Below are positions 48,333-61,110 of a stretch of 64,000 bases of DNA, piece after piece. The DNA lies in NCBI GenBank assembly GCA_030390025.1, contig CM059432.1, forward strand, positions 71,240,001-71,304,000, written 5' to 3'. Numbering within the stretch: the stretch's first letter is position 1; each line of letters opens with the position of its first letter. Origin of the DNA: Squalus acanthias (taxonomy: Eukaryota). Both the position numbers and the translations under genes were made by a program. The notes under the pieces were generated by a model that searched no databases, had not been told where the DNA came from, and saw only the letters and a program-made list of their open reading frames with translations.

Positions 48333-50575
48333 CATAGAGTCATGGAGTCATAACGGCACAGAAGGAGGCCATTCAGCCCATCGAGTCCATGCCGGCTCTC
48401 TGCAGAGCAATCCAGTCAGTCCCATTTGCCCGTTCTATCCCCGTAGCCCTGTAAGTTTATTTCCCTCAAGTGCCTATCCAGTCTCCCCTTGAAAACATTG
48501 AGTGTCTCCGCTTCCACCACTTCCGTAAAAAAGCTTTTCCTCACATCCTCCCTGTATCTCTTGCCCAAACCCTTAAATCTGTGTCCTCTAGTCCTTGTAC
48601 CATCAACTAGTGGGAACAACCTATCCAAACCCGTCATAATCTTGTACACCTCTATCAAATCACCCCTCAACCTCCTTTGCTCTAATGAAAACAAATCCAG
48701 CTTCTCCAACCTGTCCTTGTAGCTAAGATCCCCCAACTCCAGAACCATTCTGATAAATCTCCTCTGCACTCTCTAAAGGGCCTTCACATCCTTCCTAAAG
48801 TGTGATGACCAGAACTGGACGCAATACGCCAGTTGTGGCCTAACCAGCGCTTTATAAAGATTCCGCATAACTTCTCTACTTTTGTACTTAATACCTCTAT
48901 TTATGAAACTCAAGATCCCATATGCCTTGCTAACCACTCTCTCAATATGTCCTGCCACCTCCCAGGTCACTCTGTCCCTGCACACTCTTTAAAACTGTGC
49001 CATTAAGTGTATATTACTTCTCCCTGTTCCTTCTGCCAAAATGCATCACCTCACACTTCTCTGTATTAAATTCTATCTGCCACTTTTCTGCCCATTCTGC
49101 TAGCCTTTCTATGTCTTGTTGCAGTCGATTGGTATCATCCTCACTGTTTGCCACACCTCCAAGTTTGGTGTCATCGGCAAATTTAGAAATTCTACTTTGT
49201 ATTCCAATATCCAGGGCATTTATATGTATCAAAAAAAGCAGTGGCCCCAGCACTGACCCTTGGGGAACACCACTGTCTACCATTCTCCAGTCTGAAAAAC
49301 AGCCATTTACCACAACTCGCTGTTTTCTGTCCTTAAGCCAATTCCTTATACAAGCTGCCACTGACCCACCTATTCCATGAGCCTCAATTTTGTTAACCAG
49401 CCTTCTATGTGGTACTTTGTCAAACGCCTTCCTAAAATCCAGGTAGACAACATCCATTGCATTCCCTTCATCAATCCTCCCTGATACTTCATCAAAAAAT
49501 TCAATTAGATTAATCAAACATGATCTGCCTTTTACAAATCCATGTTGGCTCTCCTTAATTAGCTTAAACCTCTCCAAGTGCCCGTTAATTTTTTTCTTGA
49601 TTATTGTTTCTAAAACTTTACCCACCACTGATGTTAAACTGACCAGCCTGTAGTTACTAGGATTATCCTTATACCCTTTCTTGAACAATGGTTTCACATT
49701 TGCCACTTTCCAATCCTCAGGTACCTCCCCCGCATCTAGGGAAGATTGGAAAATTATGGCAAGCCCTTCCGCTATCTCCTCCCCCAATTCCCTTAGCAAT
49801 CTGGGATGCAATCCATCTGGACCAGGCGACTTATCCACTCTAAGCATACCCAGCCTTTCTAGTACATCCTGTCTATCAATTTTCACCCCTTCCATTGCTT
49901 CTACCTTTTCCACTGCTACCGATATTTTGTCAGCATCCACCTCCTTAGTAAACACCGATACAAAGTACTCATTGAGTATTCTAGCCTTGCTCTGCACCTC
50001 TAAGCACATATCACCTTCTTTGTCCCTAATAGGCCCCTCTTACTACCCGCTTACTGTTTAAATGTCAGTAGAAGATTTTTGGGTTCCCTTTTATGTTAAC
50101 CGCCATTCTACTCTCATATTCTCTCTTTGACAATCTTATTTTCATCTTCACTTCTCCTCTCAACTTATTGTATTTGATCTGGTTCTCCCTTGAAGAATTC
50201 ACCTGACATGCATCATACACCCTCTTTTTTTGCTTCATCATCTTCTCTATCTCCCTTGTCATCCAAGAAGCCCTTGCTTTGGTTTCCTTACCCTTCCCTC
50301 TTGTTGGAATGTACCTAGCCTGCCCTTGGAACATGTCCTCCTTAAAGATCACCGATTGTTCCATTACAGTTTTTCCTGTCAGTCTTTGTTTCCATTTTAC
50401 CCTGGCTAGATCCTTTCGCATCCCATTGAAGTTAGCCCTATTCCAGTTTAGAAGCTCCACTCTAGATTGTTCCTTGCTCCTCTCCATTGCTAATCTAAAT
50501 CTTCTGATACGATGATCACTCGTACCCAAGTGTTCTCCCACAGACACTTGGTCGACCTGGCCCACCTCATTCCCC
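48333..50575 (-). mobile_element. 5'-truncated CR1 LINE, same subfamily as 5358-7014
   Basis: RT ORF 49014-50009; CATAGAGT tail. Confidence 0.93.
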
Positions 50576-51184
50576 TGCAAAGTTGTGGCATTCGTTTTGG
50601 ACCCAGACACCGGGCGTGTAAGTAATGAAAAACAAAAGCTAAATACTGCGGATGCTGGAAATCTGAAATAAAAGTAATGGGGGGAAAAATTCGGTTGATT
50701 AGCACCTCCCGTTTGCGCCCTAAGAGGGCGCTAACGGGGCGCAAAGCAACTAGTGCCCGTGTGCGGCGATGTTTGCGCCACTCGCAAAATTGACCAGAAT
50801 TTTTGCGGCGACGCTAAACTCTACCGCCACGATCTCCTGCGCCCGCAGATCGTGATGTCAATCGAGCGTGCAACACCCTGGTAGCGCCTCTGACTGGATG
50901 TTAAGTGGCGCCCCCTTCCTTTCTGCCTGCCGCTAGCAACGACAGGGAGAGGGGAACGTTTTGCAGTCGGGAAGGGGCTGGGGGAGCGCTATTTAAAGGC
51001 GGCCTCTTCCTGCCTTTTTTTGTCGGAGACATTTTTGCACCACGCATTCTGAGAGAGAGAGAGAATTCTGAGAGTGAGAGACTTCTGGAGAGATTCAATG
51101 CTGTGTGAAGTAGTTTTGGCTACTGAGCATCACTTTGCAGGTTCTTTTGGATTTGACCTTCATTACTTCGATTGTCAAGAGACA

Positions 51185-52333
51185 ATGGGGGCTGCACTGA
51201 TTTGGGGCGTCGTCCTGCGCCTGCAGAATCGGAGGCATCAGAGACGCAGAGAGAGAGTGGCAATCATGGCCAGAGGGAGGAGGGCCAATAGGCCTCTGCA
51301 CAGGAGACCTTACCTTCCCAGGGTATTCCGGGAACAATTCTCCTACATTCATTTGTCTGAGGAGCAGTGTTTGCGCAGGCTGCGCTTCAGCAAGGAGGTG
51401 GTCACTGAGCTCTGCCACCTGCTGCAGCCAGATCTGCAACCTCAACTGAGGACCAGGACGTCTCTGTCGGTGGCAGTGAAGGTCACAGTGGCACTGACTT
51501 TTTATGCCACCGGCTCCTTTCAAGCAGCTACTGGGGACATCGCCAATATCTCCCAGTTCACGGTCCATTGCTGTATCCGGCAGGTCACAAATGCCCTCTA
51601 TAAAAGAAGACGCCAGTACATCTCTTTCCCGATGACCCGGGCCAAACAGCATGAATGCGCATGTAGCTTTGCGAGGATAGCGGGCTTCCCCATGGTGCAG
51701 GGCGCCATTGACTGCACGCATGTGGCATTGCGGGCACCGCATGAAAATGCAGAGGTTTTCCAAAACTGCAAGGGCTACCACTCCTTAAATGTCCAGTTGG
51801 TCTGTGACCACAGACAGCTGATACTTGCCGTCAATGCCCGCTATCCTGGCAGCAGCCACGATGCTTTCATCCTGCACCAGACTGGTGTGCCAGACCTTTT
51901 CCAGGCACCACATCAGCCAAGTGGTTGGCTCCTCGGGGACAAGGGGTATCCGCTCTGCACCTGGCTGATGACACCGCTCCGTAACCCCAACACCCCTGCT
52001 GAGCTGCGGTATAATGAGAGCCATCTCGCCACCAGGAACATAATTGAGCAGACGATCGGCATGCTCAAGCAACGGTTCCGCTGTCTGGACCACTCAGGAG
52101 GAGCCCTGCAGTACTCGCCTGAGCGAGTCTCCCTCTTCATAGTTGTGTGCTGCATGCTTCATAACCTGGCAATCCTCAGGACCCAGCCAATGCCACCAGG
52201 CCTTGGAGCACCACCGGAGGTGGAGGAGGAAGAGGAGGAGGAGAATGAGGAGAGGAGGATGATCAGTTGCAGCACCAAGGCGGGACGGAGGCCCACAATG
52301 TTGAAACTGCAAGGGCCGTCCGTCAACGGCTGA
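51185..52333 (+). CDS. Harbinger (HARBI1-like) DDE transposase with intact core
   Basis: Open 382 aa from [46 protein letters not shown]; probable 1-nt frameshift in the Glu run, ancestral end ARAVRQRLITSRF* at 52350. Confidence 0.93.
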   Translation: MGAALIWGVVLRLQNRRHQRRRERVAIMARGRRANRPLHRRPYLPRVFREQFSYIHLSEEQCLRRLRFSKEVVTELCHLLQPDLQPQLRTRTSLSVAVKVTVALTFYATGSFQAATGDIANISQFTVHCCIRQVTNALYKRRRQYISFPMTRAKQHECACSFARIAGFPMVQGAIDCTHVALRAPHENAEVFQNCKGYHSLNVQLVCDHRQLILAVNARYPGSSHDAFILHQTGVPDLFQAPHQPSGWLLGDKGYPLCTWLMTPLRNPNTPAELRYNESHLATRNIIEQTIGMLKQRFRCLDHSGGALQYSPERVSLFIVVCCMLHNLAILRTQPMPPGLGAPPEVEEEEEEENEERRMISCSTKAGRRPTMLKLQGPSVNG

Positions 52334-52662
52334 TAACAAGCCGCTTCTAGGCCCCTACTGAGAAGATGGCTTCTGGCTTGGAGAACAACATGATGGAAAG
52401 CAATCCGCAACCCCTATAGCCGGCCAACGCAGCAATGATTCCATAGGCCAAATATGTACATTTTGAATACAACAACTTTTTTATTTTACAAACTCTGTGT
52501 GTGTCATTTATTCATGACAAACTAATAGAAACAAACACAAAAAATCATTAATTTACATAACGGGTTCTCACAAGCTGGAGATAATGGCCAAAACACTAAA
52601 TAAAAGTTATCAGATGAACCTCGGCCTTTAATAAAAACATTCCCGACATTTCTTTAGACCTC

Positions 52663-54545
52663 CTACTTTTTGCCCTTCGAGTGTGATCTCCATCCCTTGC
52701 GCACTTTCCCCCTTCCCACCCTACTGCTCCTCCGTAATGGGGCCCCAGTGGCTGCAGCAAGGCTGGTGGATGGCTGCTGAATGTCAGATCCTGAGACTAC
52801 AGATGCCCTTGAAGGACGGCCTCGACCAGCTCTGGGCCTGGAGGGCCTGGCTGCAGACTGCACCAACTCTACATGAGCGGCAGCAGTCTGGGCTGGCTGT
52901 GTTGGAGGCGATGGCAAGTGCAATGGGAAGTGACAGTGGTGGGAGCAGGAATGCTGTCATCCTGAGAGACAACAGCACCTCCCTGCTCGACTGACACACT
53001 GGCACTCCCACGGGGCAGTACCTCAGCATCCGGAGCAATCTGTTCAAGCACAGATTGCTGGCCTGCTGAGGCGCAGTGAGAGCCCCGGGGCAATGTGGCC
53101 GAACCAGCGACAATGGCAGCAGTCAGTGCTTGCGTGGCCTCAATCTGAGTCTGCATGAGACCAGTCTGAGATTGGATCACAGCAGCCAGTGACTGAATTG
53201 CAGCACTAAGCAGTTGCGTTGCATCCACTTGTGCTGCAGCGAAGTGCTCCACATTCCTTGCCAGTGCATCAATGCTTTCGGGCACCCTTCCCACTGCACC
53301 CATGAGCTGAGCGTGCATATTCACTGCCTGGGTGTTCATTTCAGCGATGAGCCACTCCTCCTCTGCGTCCATTGCATCAGGACTCGCTGGCCTACTCTCC
53401 CTCCGGGGAGAAGGCCCCCGAGCTTCCCTAGCCACATTGCGTTGCTACAGCCCGCTGGGTCCCGGAGCTTCATCCTCATCAGACCCTTCCCCCCTGCTCC
53501 CCTCCAGGGAAGACGTGGTCCCAGTGTGGGCATGGGCTTCCTCGGGAGAGGGTGGCACTGATGCTCCAGCTTCCTCTTCCTCCTCGCCTGCAGCTTCACT
53601 CCCACTGGCAGCTTGAGGGCCCGTCTCCTCAGCTGGTGAATCACCATCTGAAAGCAGGGAGGTACAAGAGTGGCTTTAGCGTCAGGACAGGGGGGCAGTA
53701 AGGGAGGAAGGAGTGGAGCAATTTAGTAAGTTGTATTGAAAGTATAAAAGGCTAGTTTTGTGAGGGACAAGTGGAATGAGAGAGGAGAGAAAGCTGATGA
53801 CCTAACCATTGCTGTCCCGAAAGGGGGTCGACCTCTCCAGCGGCCACGGGGCCGATCACCTGGTTTGCGACGATCCTGTGGACGCGCGCCTCCAGATCGT
53901 TGAGGGTTTGCAGCTGAGGCGGCCCTCCACCCGTCCATTGCTGCTGTCTCCTGTTGTGAGATAGCTTGGCCTGCAAGAAAAAGGATGGCATCTGAGTAAA
54001 TATGCAGCCATGTGCTTGCCTGATGTGCCTCCCGTAGTTGAATAGCCCTTAATGTTTGCAGCCATGTGCTTGCCTGATATGCCTCCCATAGTTGAATAGC
54101 CCTTAATGTATGCTGCCATGTGCTTTCCTGATGTGCCTCCCATAGTTGAACAGCCCTTAATGTATGCAAGGTGTGGAATGTGCGTGTGTGTTTTAGGAGA
54201 TGGCCATAGGTCTTGGATGAGTGTTGGGCATTGGGGTTTTTACACCCTCTGGCCATAGAGTGAGGTTGAGATGGAGGGATGGAGTGGTATTGAAAAGCAG
54301 CCACTCACCCTGACCATCCGAGTGAGGTCGTTGAACTTTTTCCGACATCGTGTGTGGGTCCTGGGCACCATGCTCCTGGAGGAGACGTGCTGAGCCACCT
54401 CCCTCCACACTCTTCTATAGTCACGGGACAATGGCCTCCTGCCACTCTCTGGGTACAGTATTGATCTTCGGCGCTCCACTGCACCAACCAGAGCCACCAA
54501 GGCCCGGTCGCTGAAGCGCTGAGCTCGTTCCCTGGCCCTCTCCAT
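52663..54545 (-). pseudogene. Harbinger Myb/SANT-like gene, 3 exons (54545-54309, 53970-53807, 53647-52663)
   Basis: RERAQRFSDRALVALV...WREVA...CRKKFNDL; GT-AG sites; exon 2 frameshift, TAG ~53447, frameshift ~52920. Confidence 0.88.
54002..54168. repeat. 54-bp tandem repeat x3 in Myb intron 1
   Basis: TGCAGCCATGTGCTTGCCTGATGTGCCTCCCRTAGTTGAATAGCCCTTAATGT units. Confidence 0.95.
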
Positions 54546-55646
54546 AGTTCTTTGCAGCAGCTTTGAGGTTGAGGTCTCTCCAGGCCGAGATTCAAGGCTG
54601 CAATGAGCAGGTGGTGGCTGGAGAGCAACATATACCCTCCCCTTTAAGAACTGGCCCGTGCCAGTGTGTCTGTGTTCCTTTGCAGACTGACATCACCTGA
54701 GCTTCGCCAGCGCTCTGAGTAGCGCCTCGCTCCTCGGCCTTTGCACCTTAAAACAGGTGTGTAGCGCCTGATTTAGCGCTGCAATCACCTCCAGGGACGA
54801 TAGAGGCCAAGTTTGCAGTCGAAGGTGATAATTAGCACCAAGCGCTAAACTTTACGCCCGGTCGATAATTGCGCCCCAAACGGGGCGATACCGAATTTCT
54901 CCCCCATGAAGTTCTGCTCCCCAGGAAGCTAATTTTTAATCTTTGGAGAGGATGGGCAGAAGTATCTGCTTTGCTTTGCTTTTTACTAAAATTAATAACA
55001 TTGAAGAGTAGGATGTAGAATTATGGTGAGGGTTTTCCCGATCTCTCACCATAACTAAAGGAAGATGATCGGTGGAAACCCTGCAGAAACAATGTAAATG
55101 ACGATGTTATGGAGGGAGATTGGGAGACCGCATGCATAAATTTCAGTTGTATGTTTGTGAAATGAAGTTTAATTATAGACCGAGCTCAACGAGTATCAGA
55201 GGTCTCCCAGTGAGGTCTCGCACTGCTTGTCGTTAAAGTGCTTCAGAGTATGATTGAGACCTGACTCCAGTTACATTTGCCATTTTTGCTTTGATGTGTG
55301 ACCAAAATTGCTTTGGATCAATACAAAAGTGGCACTACATCTGCAGCTTAAACAGATTTTATGAACAGGTAAACTAATACTAGATAGAAAATAGCTTTCT
55401 TGAAATGCTGTCTGCTGTGACATGACTGTTTTTGTCATTGTGCCATAAAGTAAACATTTTAGTTTCGTATTGACTCCTTTAATTCAGTCACAATATATAT
55501 TGAGTTAAAAACTAGCTGGACTCTCAAAAACCCTGCCCCAGCCTAAGTTGTTACAAATGTTGTGATAATTGTTCAGTTGCCTCCAGTCAAACTTGCTTGA
55601 CGGAGGACATCATTCCTACATTCCTACTTATGTGCTTGATATAGCT

Positions 55647-56116
55647 ATGGGTCTAGTTGGCAGCACCTGTTGGATTTAAACTTTGAGCCGGCGCGCAGAT
55701 ATGTTCGGGGGTGCCGGGGGGTGGGGGGGGGGCGAGGCGAACGGGAGAGGGGTGAGTGCGGCCCGGCAGTGGCATGTAGTGTTGCATGTAGAACTAGGAG
55801 GAGCACTCCTGCTTCACCTGGCTCCACAGCAAGGTAAGTGGAAACCGGAAAGCTGACATCTTTGTGTGCACTTGAAGTGCTGTAACCTGCAAGGCTACGG
55901 AACAAGAGCTGGAAAGTGGGATTAGGCTGGATGGCTCTTTTTCGGCCGGCACAGACACAATGGGCTGAATGGTCTCCTTCTGTGCTGTAAATTTCTATAA
56001 TTCTATGATTCTATCTTCTTTGGCTGTCTCCACCAGTCCCTTTAAGGGATTGCTGGTTAGATCACCATAGACCCGGAAAAGCTGAGTGAAGCATATGTGC
56101 GACCAAATTTTTGCCC
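55647..56116. mobile_element. Decayed Harbinger-type MITE containing a CR1-type 3' tail (~55885-56015)
   Basis: Right end CCAAATTTTTGCCCC; CTATGATTCTAT tail. Confidence 0.55.
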
Positions 56117-58530
56117 CATTTGGCATTGTCGTGAATCAGACATTAGGCCCCTTTCTAACTTCTTTCCAACATTTTACATGTTTAGAATTTTTAGCTTGTT
56201 TAGAAGCAACATTTCCTCGGACTTTCATCCAAGTGCGTTGTACTTTCTTTTTATGTTGCTTAAGATTTGCTATGTCTGGATTCTAGTAATAATTTATCTT
56301 ATTGATGTACTTTCTGTTTTCTGTAAGTAATTTTATTATTCTATTTTGGCCTGTTTTTTCATCTTTCTGTTACACACACTGGCTGACGGAAACAGCTGCA
56401 GATCTTTTCCAAGGACTATATTATTGTGTTATCAATGGTTGCTAAGAGGTGTGTGAGAGCAGCTGAGTGGTTCTTCACTCCCCCCCACCCCCCCCCCTCC
56501 CTGTGGGGTGGTAATTGGTGTCCACTTCGCAATTCCCCCACCCCTCTGAAAGAGCATTTGAAATGAGAAAATACTCTATGAGCAGAATTATGACAATGTG
56601 CTCAAGTCATATCACTCTACCACCCCATGGTCCAGCGCTTTGGAGTTCACTTTCATTAAGGTAGGGCTACTGTTGCATTTTATTTTGTCTGTTTACCAGT
56701 TATAATAGCTGATGTGAAACACAAGGCCTTATGGTTCGTTCTATGTGAAATATTTTGTACTGCTGTTTCCAATGGCTTCGATTTTGAACATTTCACATGG
56801 TAGAGAGTGTTTTAACTATTTTCTGGGAAAATGGCTTTCCTGCAGAGCCTAATAATTTAATGTAATAATTTGAATGGCCATTTGCAGTTGAAGAAATGCC
56901 AAAGAATAAGCTGGTGGCGGTGGATTGATATGCAGGCAGCTGAAGCAGAAAGGAGAAAGCCAGGTATGGTAGCAGGGGGCTGCTCTTTGGGAAGGAGCTG
57001 CCCACAAAGACTGTCCATGCAATGCATTTTGGAAAACAAAACTGGGGTAAATTCCATGTAGTGTAATCAGGAGATGCTCCAGACTTTGCTGTTTCAGCTT
57101 CTTTTCCACTGTTTCTCCTCTCTATCCCTTTCTTCTGAAGGTATTGACTCCTTTCTGGAATATGGCTCCATGGGAACAGTTACCCGCCTCGCCATTCTAT
57201 ATGTGTGAGCTCAGATAGTGAGTGTTGGACACTTTTTGTATGCAAAGACATCATAACCCAATATGGTCCTTAACTGATCATCATCCATATGCACTTTCAA
57301 TTGGGGTCACTGGTAGCAACCAGACGCGGGAATCTTGCTGACAAGTCTGCCGCTAGGAAAAGTAACCAGATTCAGCAGTGTAAATACCAGGAGCTGACTT
57401 ATGACATGGTTCCTGGAATCCAAACTTGAACAGTGCAAATATAAAGGTGGCTTTTACCTGTGTGGAAGTTTTGAGATGTTAATTTATCTATCAATGGTAT
57501 TGATGTGAAGGTGTATTCCAAGCATCACCTTATGAGATATGTAGCCATCTAACCTAAAATTAGCAGAGCAAATGAATTGCCATTGCAAATTTTGATTTAG
57601 GATTGATGTTATTGTCATGGAACAAAACAGCATTGTTTATTTAATATTTGATTTTCATCCATGTGCACTTTGATGAAGCTTTTGGTCACCGCTTTGGTTT
57701 GACATCCATTTTTTTCCTTATGCCTCTGCGAAGTGCCTTGGGATGGTTTTCTATGTCAAAGGCGCTATATAAATGCAAGCTGTTGCTGTTGATCTAATCA
57801 AGCTTGATGGACAAACTCATCCTGAAGGGAGGATGTATCCTTAAAACAGTGTTTCCTACCAGCTCATCAGTTTTCTTCCTCACCTGAGCATGTCAGGAGG
57901 AAGAAGCTCCATAGTGGAAGTATGCGTTATGCTATTCACATGAAGGAAGACTTCACTGAACTGAAATATATTGTATGTGTAGAGCTTATTAGACTGTTTG
58001 AGTTGGAAAATAAAAGTATTCTCAGCAGTGATAGGTTAATAGACTCTGAAAATTGTAAGTATAATGGTATCTGTCTGGACTCCAGAATTCCTTATCATTT
58101 TTACTCCTGTAATTGTTTAAAGGTAAAGAAATTGGATTAGTTATTTTAATTTGTACAAACTGGACCCAGCGTTTGTTATTTTCCACCTTCCAGGTCAACA
58201 GATATCATGTAAATACAATGTCAATTCCAACGTACAGTGTTACTGCTAAATAGGCTAGTTGTTAGCGCTGGGTTACACAACTTAAAATGTATGCTCCTAG
58301 ATCACAAGATAATACTTCTGGTACAACTACTGAAACCATAACAGGCCCATTGATACTCATCTCTCTGTTACACCACTGTCTTATAGCATCCAACTATATT
58401 TTGACAATCCCTCATGTTTTTAACATTGACCATTCCACCCAATAGATTATTCCAAACATTTATAATTCTTTGAGTAAAATAGTTCTTCTTCATATCTGTT
58501 CTAAATTTACTTTTCACTAATGTAAGTCTA

Positions 58531-58623
58531 TGGTCGGGAAATTCCGTGGAGCTGTTCCCACTCTGCCGCCGTATCTGAAGTAATAGCAGCAGGGCAGGAG
58601 CAGCTCCAAGGAAGTTCCCAGCC
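58531..58623. mobile_element. Short palindromic MITE
   Basis: GGTCGGGAAATTCC...GGAAGTTCCCAGCC. Confidence 0.6.
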
Positions 58624-59374
58624 CATGTCTTCTGATGCTGCTTGCCTGACTTTGTTTGAAGTAACTAGTGGATCCCTTATGGTACTGCTTACACAACGTC
58701 AGAGGATGGCCTGTTTAGTAAGGACAGGAACATTATACCATGTAATGCACAATGTATTATTTTTCTGCAAAAGTGCAGGTATGTTTAATTAAAGTGCAGA
58801 TGTTTGATCTTTTAAATTTAAACTCTTTACTCAGTCACAATGATAGGATATCAAGGTATAGTTTTGATGGTAAATTTTGGCAGTATTTGCCTTCTCTCGC
58901 ACTTCATAACTTCAGTTATGCTTGCTGTCTGTAAGTTTTCAATGACTTAATGCCAAGCACACATGAATCTCAATTTTCCCTGAGATAATGTGAAAATTCT
59001 TGTTACAAGTGAAACAGCCTAATATTATTTGCCTTTTGGAACACTGAAAATGAATATATTTCATCGTTACTGATGCAATGTCTTTAATTAGACTTCTCTG
59101 ATTTATGTGAGATGCTGAGCTTTTATGACAGACATTGTATATGTCTCCTGTGTTCTATTTCCACAGTATCCATTGTAATTTGTATTATAATTTAAAAAAT
59201 AATCATTCATCAAAATTAATAACTACAGCAGGATTTCAGTGTTATTGGTTATTGTTAATAGAAAGATCAGGGAAGAATTTTCTTCCAAATGAGGAACACA
59301 GACATCTGCTGTGCACAGAAACTGAGATGCAGTAAGATCACATTCCTGTCTTGAAGGTAATAGTCATTTTATTT

Positions 59375-59990
59375 TTAATTCATTCTCGTGTTTTGGGCAT
59401 CGCTAGCATTTATTACCCATCCCTTGTTGCCTTTGAGAAGGGTGGTGAGCCACCTTCTTTTTGAATCGCTGCAGTCCATGTGGTGAAGGTACACCCACAG
59501 TGCTGGTAGGTAGGGATTTCCAGGATTTTGACAATGAAGGAACGGCGACATATGTCTAAGTCGGGATGGTGTGTGACTTAGAGGTGAACTTTGAAGTGAT
59601 GGTGTTCCTATGCACCTCTTGTCTTTGTCCTTCTCGGTGGTGGAGGGCACAGGTTTGGGAGGGGCTGTTGAAGAAGCCTTTGCTGCAGTACATACTGTGA
59701 TAGCTACACACTGCAGCCACGGTGTGCCGGTGGTGGAGGGAGTGCATGTTTAAGGTTGTGGATGGGCTGCCGATCAAGTGGACTGCTTTGTTCTGGATGA
59801 TGTCACGCTTCTTGAGTGTTGTTGCAGCTGCACACATTCAGGCAAGTGGAGAGTATTCCATCACACGCCTGACTTGCGCCTTGTAGGTGGTGAGAGGCTT
59901 TGGGGAGTTAGGAGGTGAGTCACTCGCCGCAGAATAACCAGCCTCTGACCTGCTCTAGTAGCCAAGGCATTTATGTGGCTGGTCCAGTTG
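59375..59990 (-). mobile_element. 3' fragment of the 46300-47835 LINE family
   Basis: Colinear similarity to 46305-46935. Confidence 0.88.
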
Positions 59991-60689
59991 TCATAGTCGT
60001 GTTCCACTTTGTACCAAGAAACAAATAATTATCAATGATAACATGATGAACTGAGGCTTATTCTGATTAACTGTGAAAGAAAGCTGATCATTAATAACAA
60101 TTTTTCAGCTTTCGTATTATTTCAAAGAAAGAATTACGTGCCTATCAAGAGTGATGTTGTCAAAGATTTGGTGCGTAGGTTACCTATACTCACCTAATTG
60201 CCAACGTTCTGTATCCTTACTGTATATAACTTACATTTTTTTTGTGAGGCATTAGTGTTTAAAAAATAGGGCTAATTCAGTGAGGCTCTGCTGCTGCTGG
60301 AACATTTCACTAATGATGAATAGACAGGGTAGAATTGGGGTTACAATGCTCTCGGCTTATCGCTGACCTCTGCTCACACTGGGTAAGGCACCATGCCAGC
60401 AGCACAGCCTCGCTGAAGTATATGCTCTTTTCAAACATTCTATTTTGAAAAGATTACATGTTGCATTGCTGGTTCACAATCATTAACCCTGTCTGTGTCA
60501 CGCAACATTACAAATAGGTAGCAGAGGTGAAAAGAAAATCTGAAATAAAGTGTTGTAATGTTTGAATTGAAAGAGGGACAGGTTAGTTCTGATGAAGGAT
60601 TATATTTAATATATGAAGGTAAATTTAAGCAATCTTGTGCTCCATGTGGGAAGCTGTATTCGAAGGAAGTGAAGACTGGACATAGGTCT

Positions 60690-61110
60690 ACAACACAGTG
60701 AGGTTCGTTCCCTGGCAGTTATGGGCATCCCATTATAAGAAGGATATAAAAGTAATGGAAAATGTGCAGCTAGATTCTCTAGGGTGTTACCAGGGATGAA
60801 GAATTACAGCTTTGAAGAGAGACTTGATAATTTAGTGTATTTTTTTACCAGAGTTCAGTAGGTTAACAGGTGACTTGATAGAAGTTTTCAAGAATATGGA
60901 AGGTTATCATAAGGTAAATAGTGATAGATTGTTTTCACTGGTCAACAATTTAATGATAATCACAAAAAGAATTAAGATTATTAAAGGGTATAGGAATGAG
61001 CACGGAAGTAAGATTAGACTAGTTGGCTCATGTGGGGAAAAATATGGTGCAGAATTGATGGGCCGAATGGCCTATTTCTGTGTTGTAATAGTCTATGATT
61101 CCATGATTTT
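60690..61110 (+). mobile_element. Decayed CR1 3' fragment
   Basis: GDLIEVFK motif; CTATGATTCCATGATT tail. Confidence 0.75.

Larger units (their letters stand above)
50680..54905. mobile_element. Near-complete Harbinger transposon (4226 bp)
   Basis: 15-bp TIR GGGGGAAAAATTCGG / CCGAATTTCTCCCCC; TSD ATG (50677-50679, 54906-54908); convergent genes. Confidence 0.96.

Noticed and set aside
51074..52333. Host HARBI1 gene
   Set aside because: Lies inside TIRs and a TSD with a partner Myb gene, so it is a transposon copy.
54002..54168. CRISPR-like array or repeat protein ORF (53723-54304)
   Set aside because: No spacers; simple tandem units within an intron in eukaryotic DNA.
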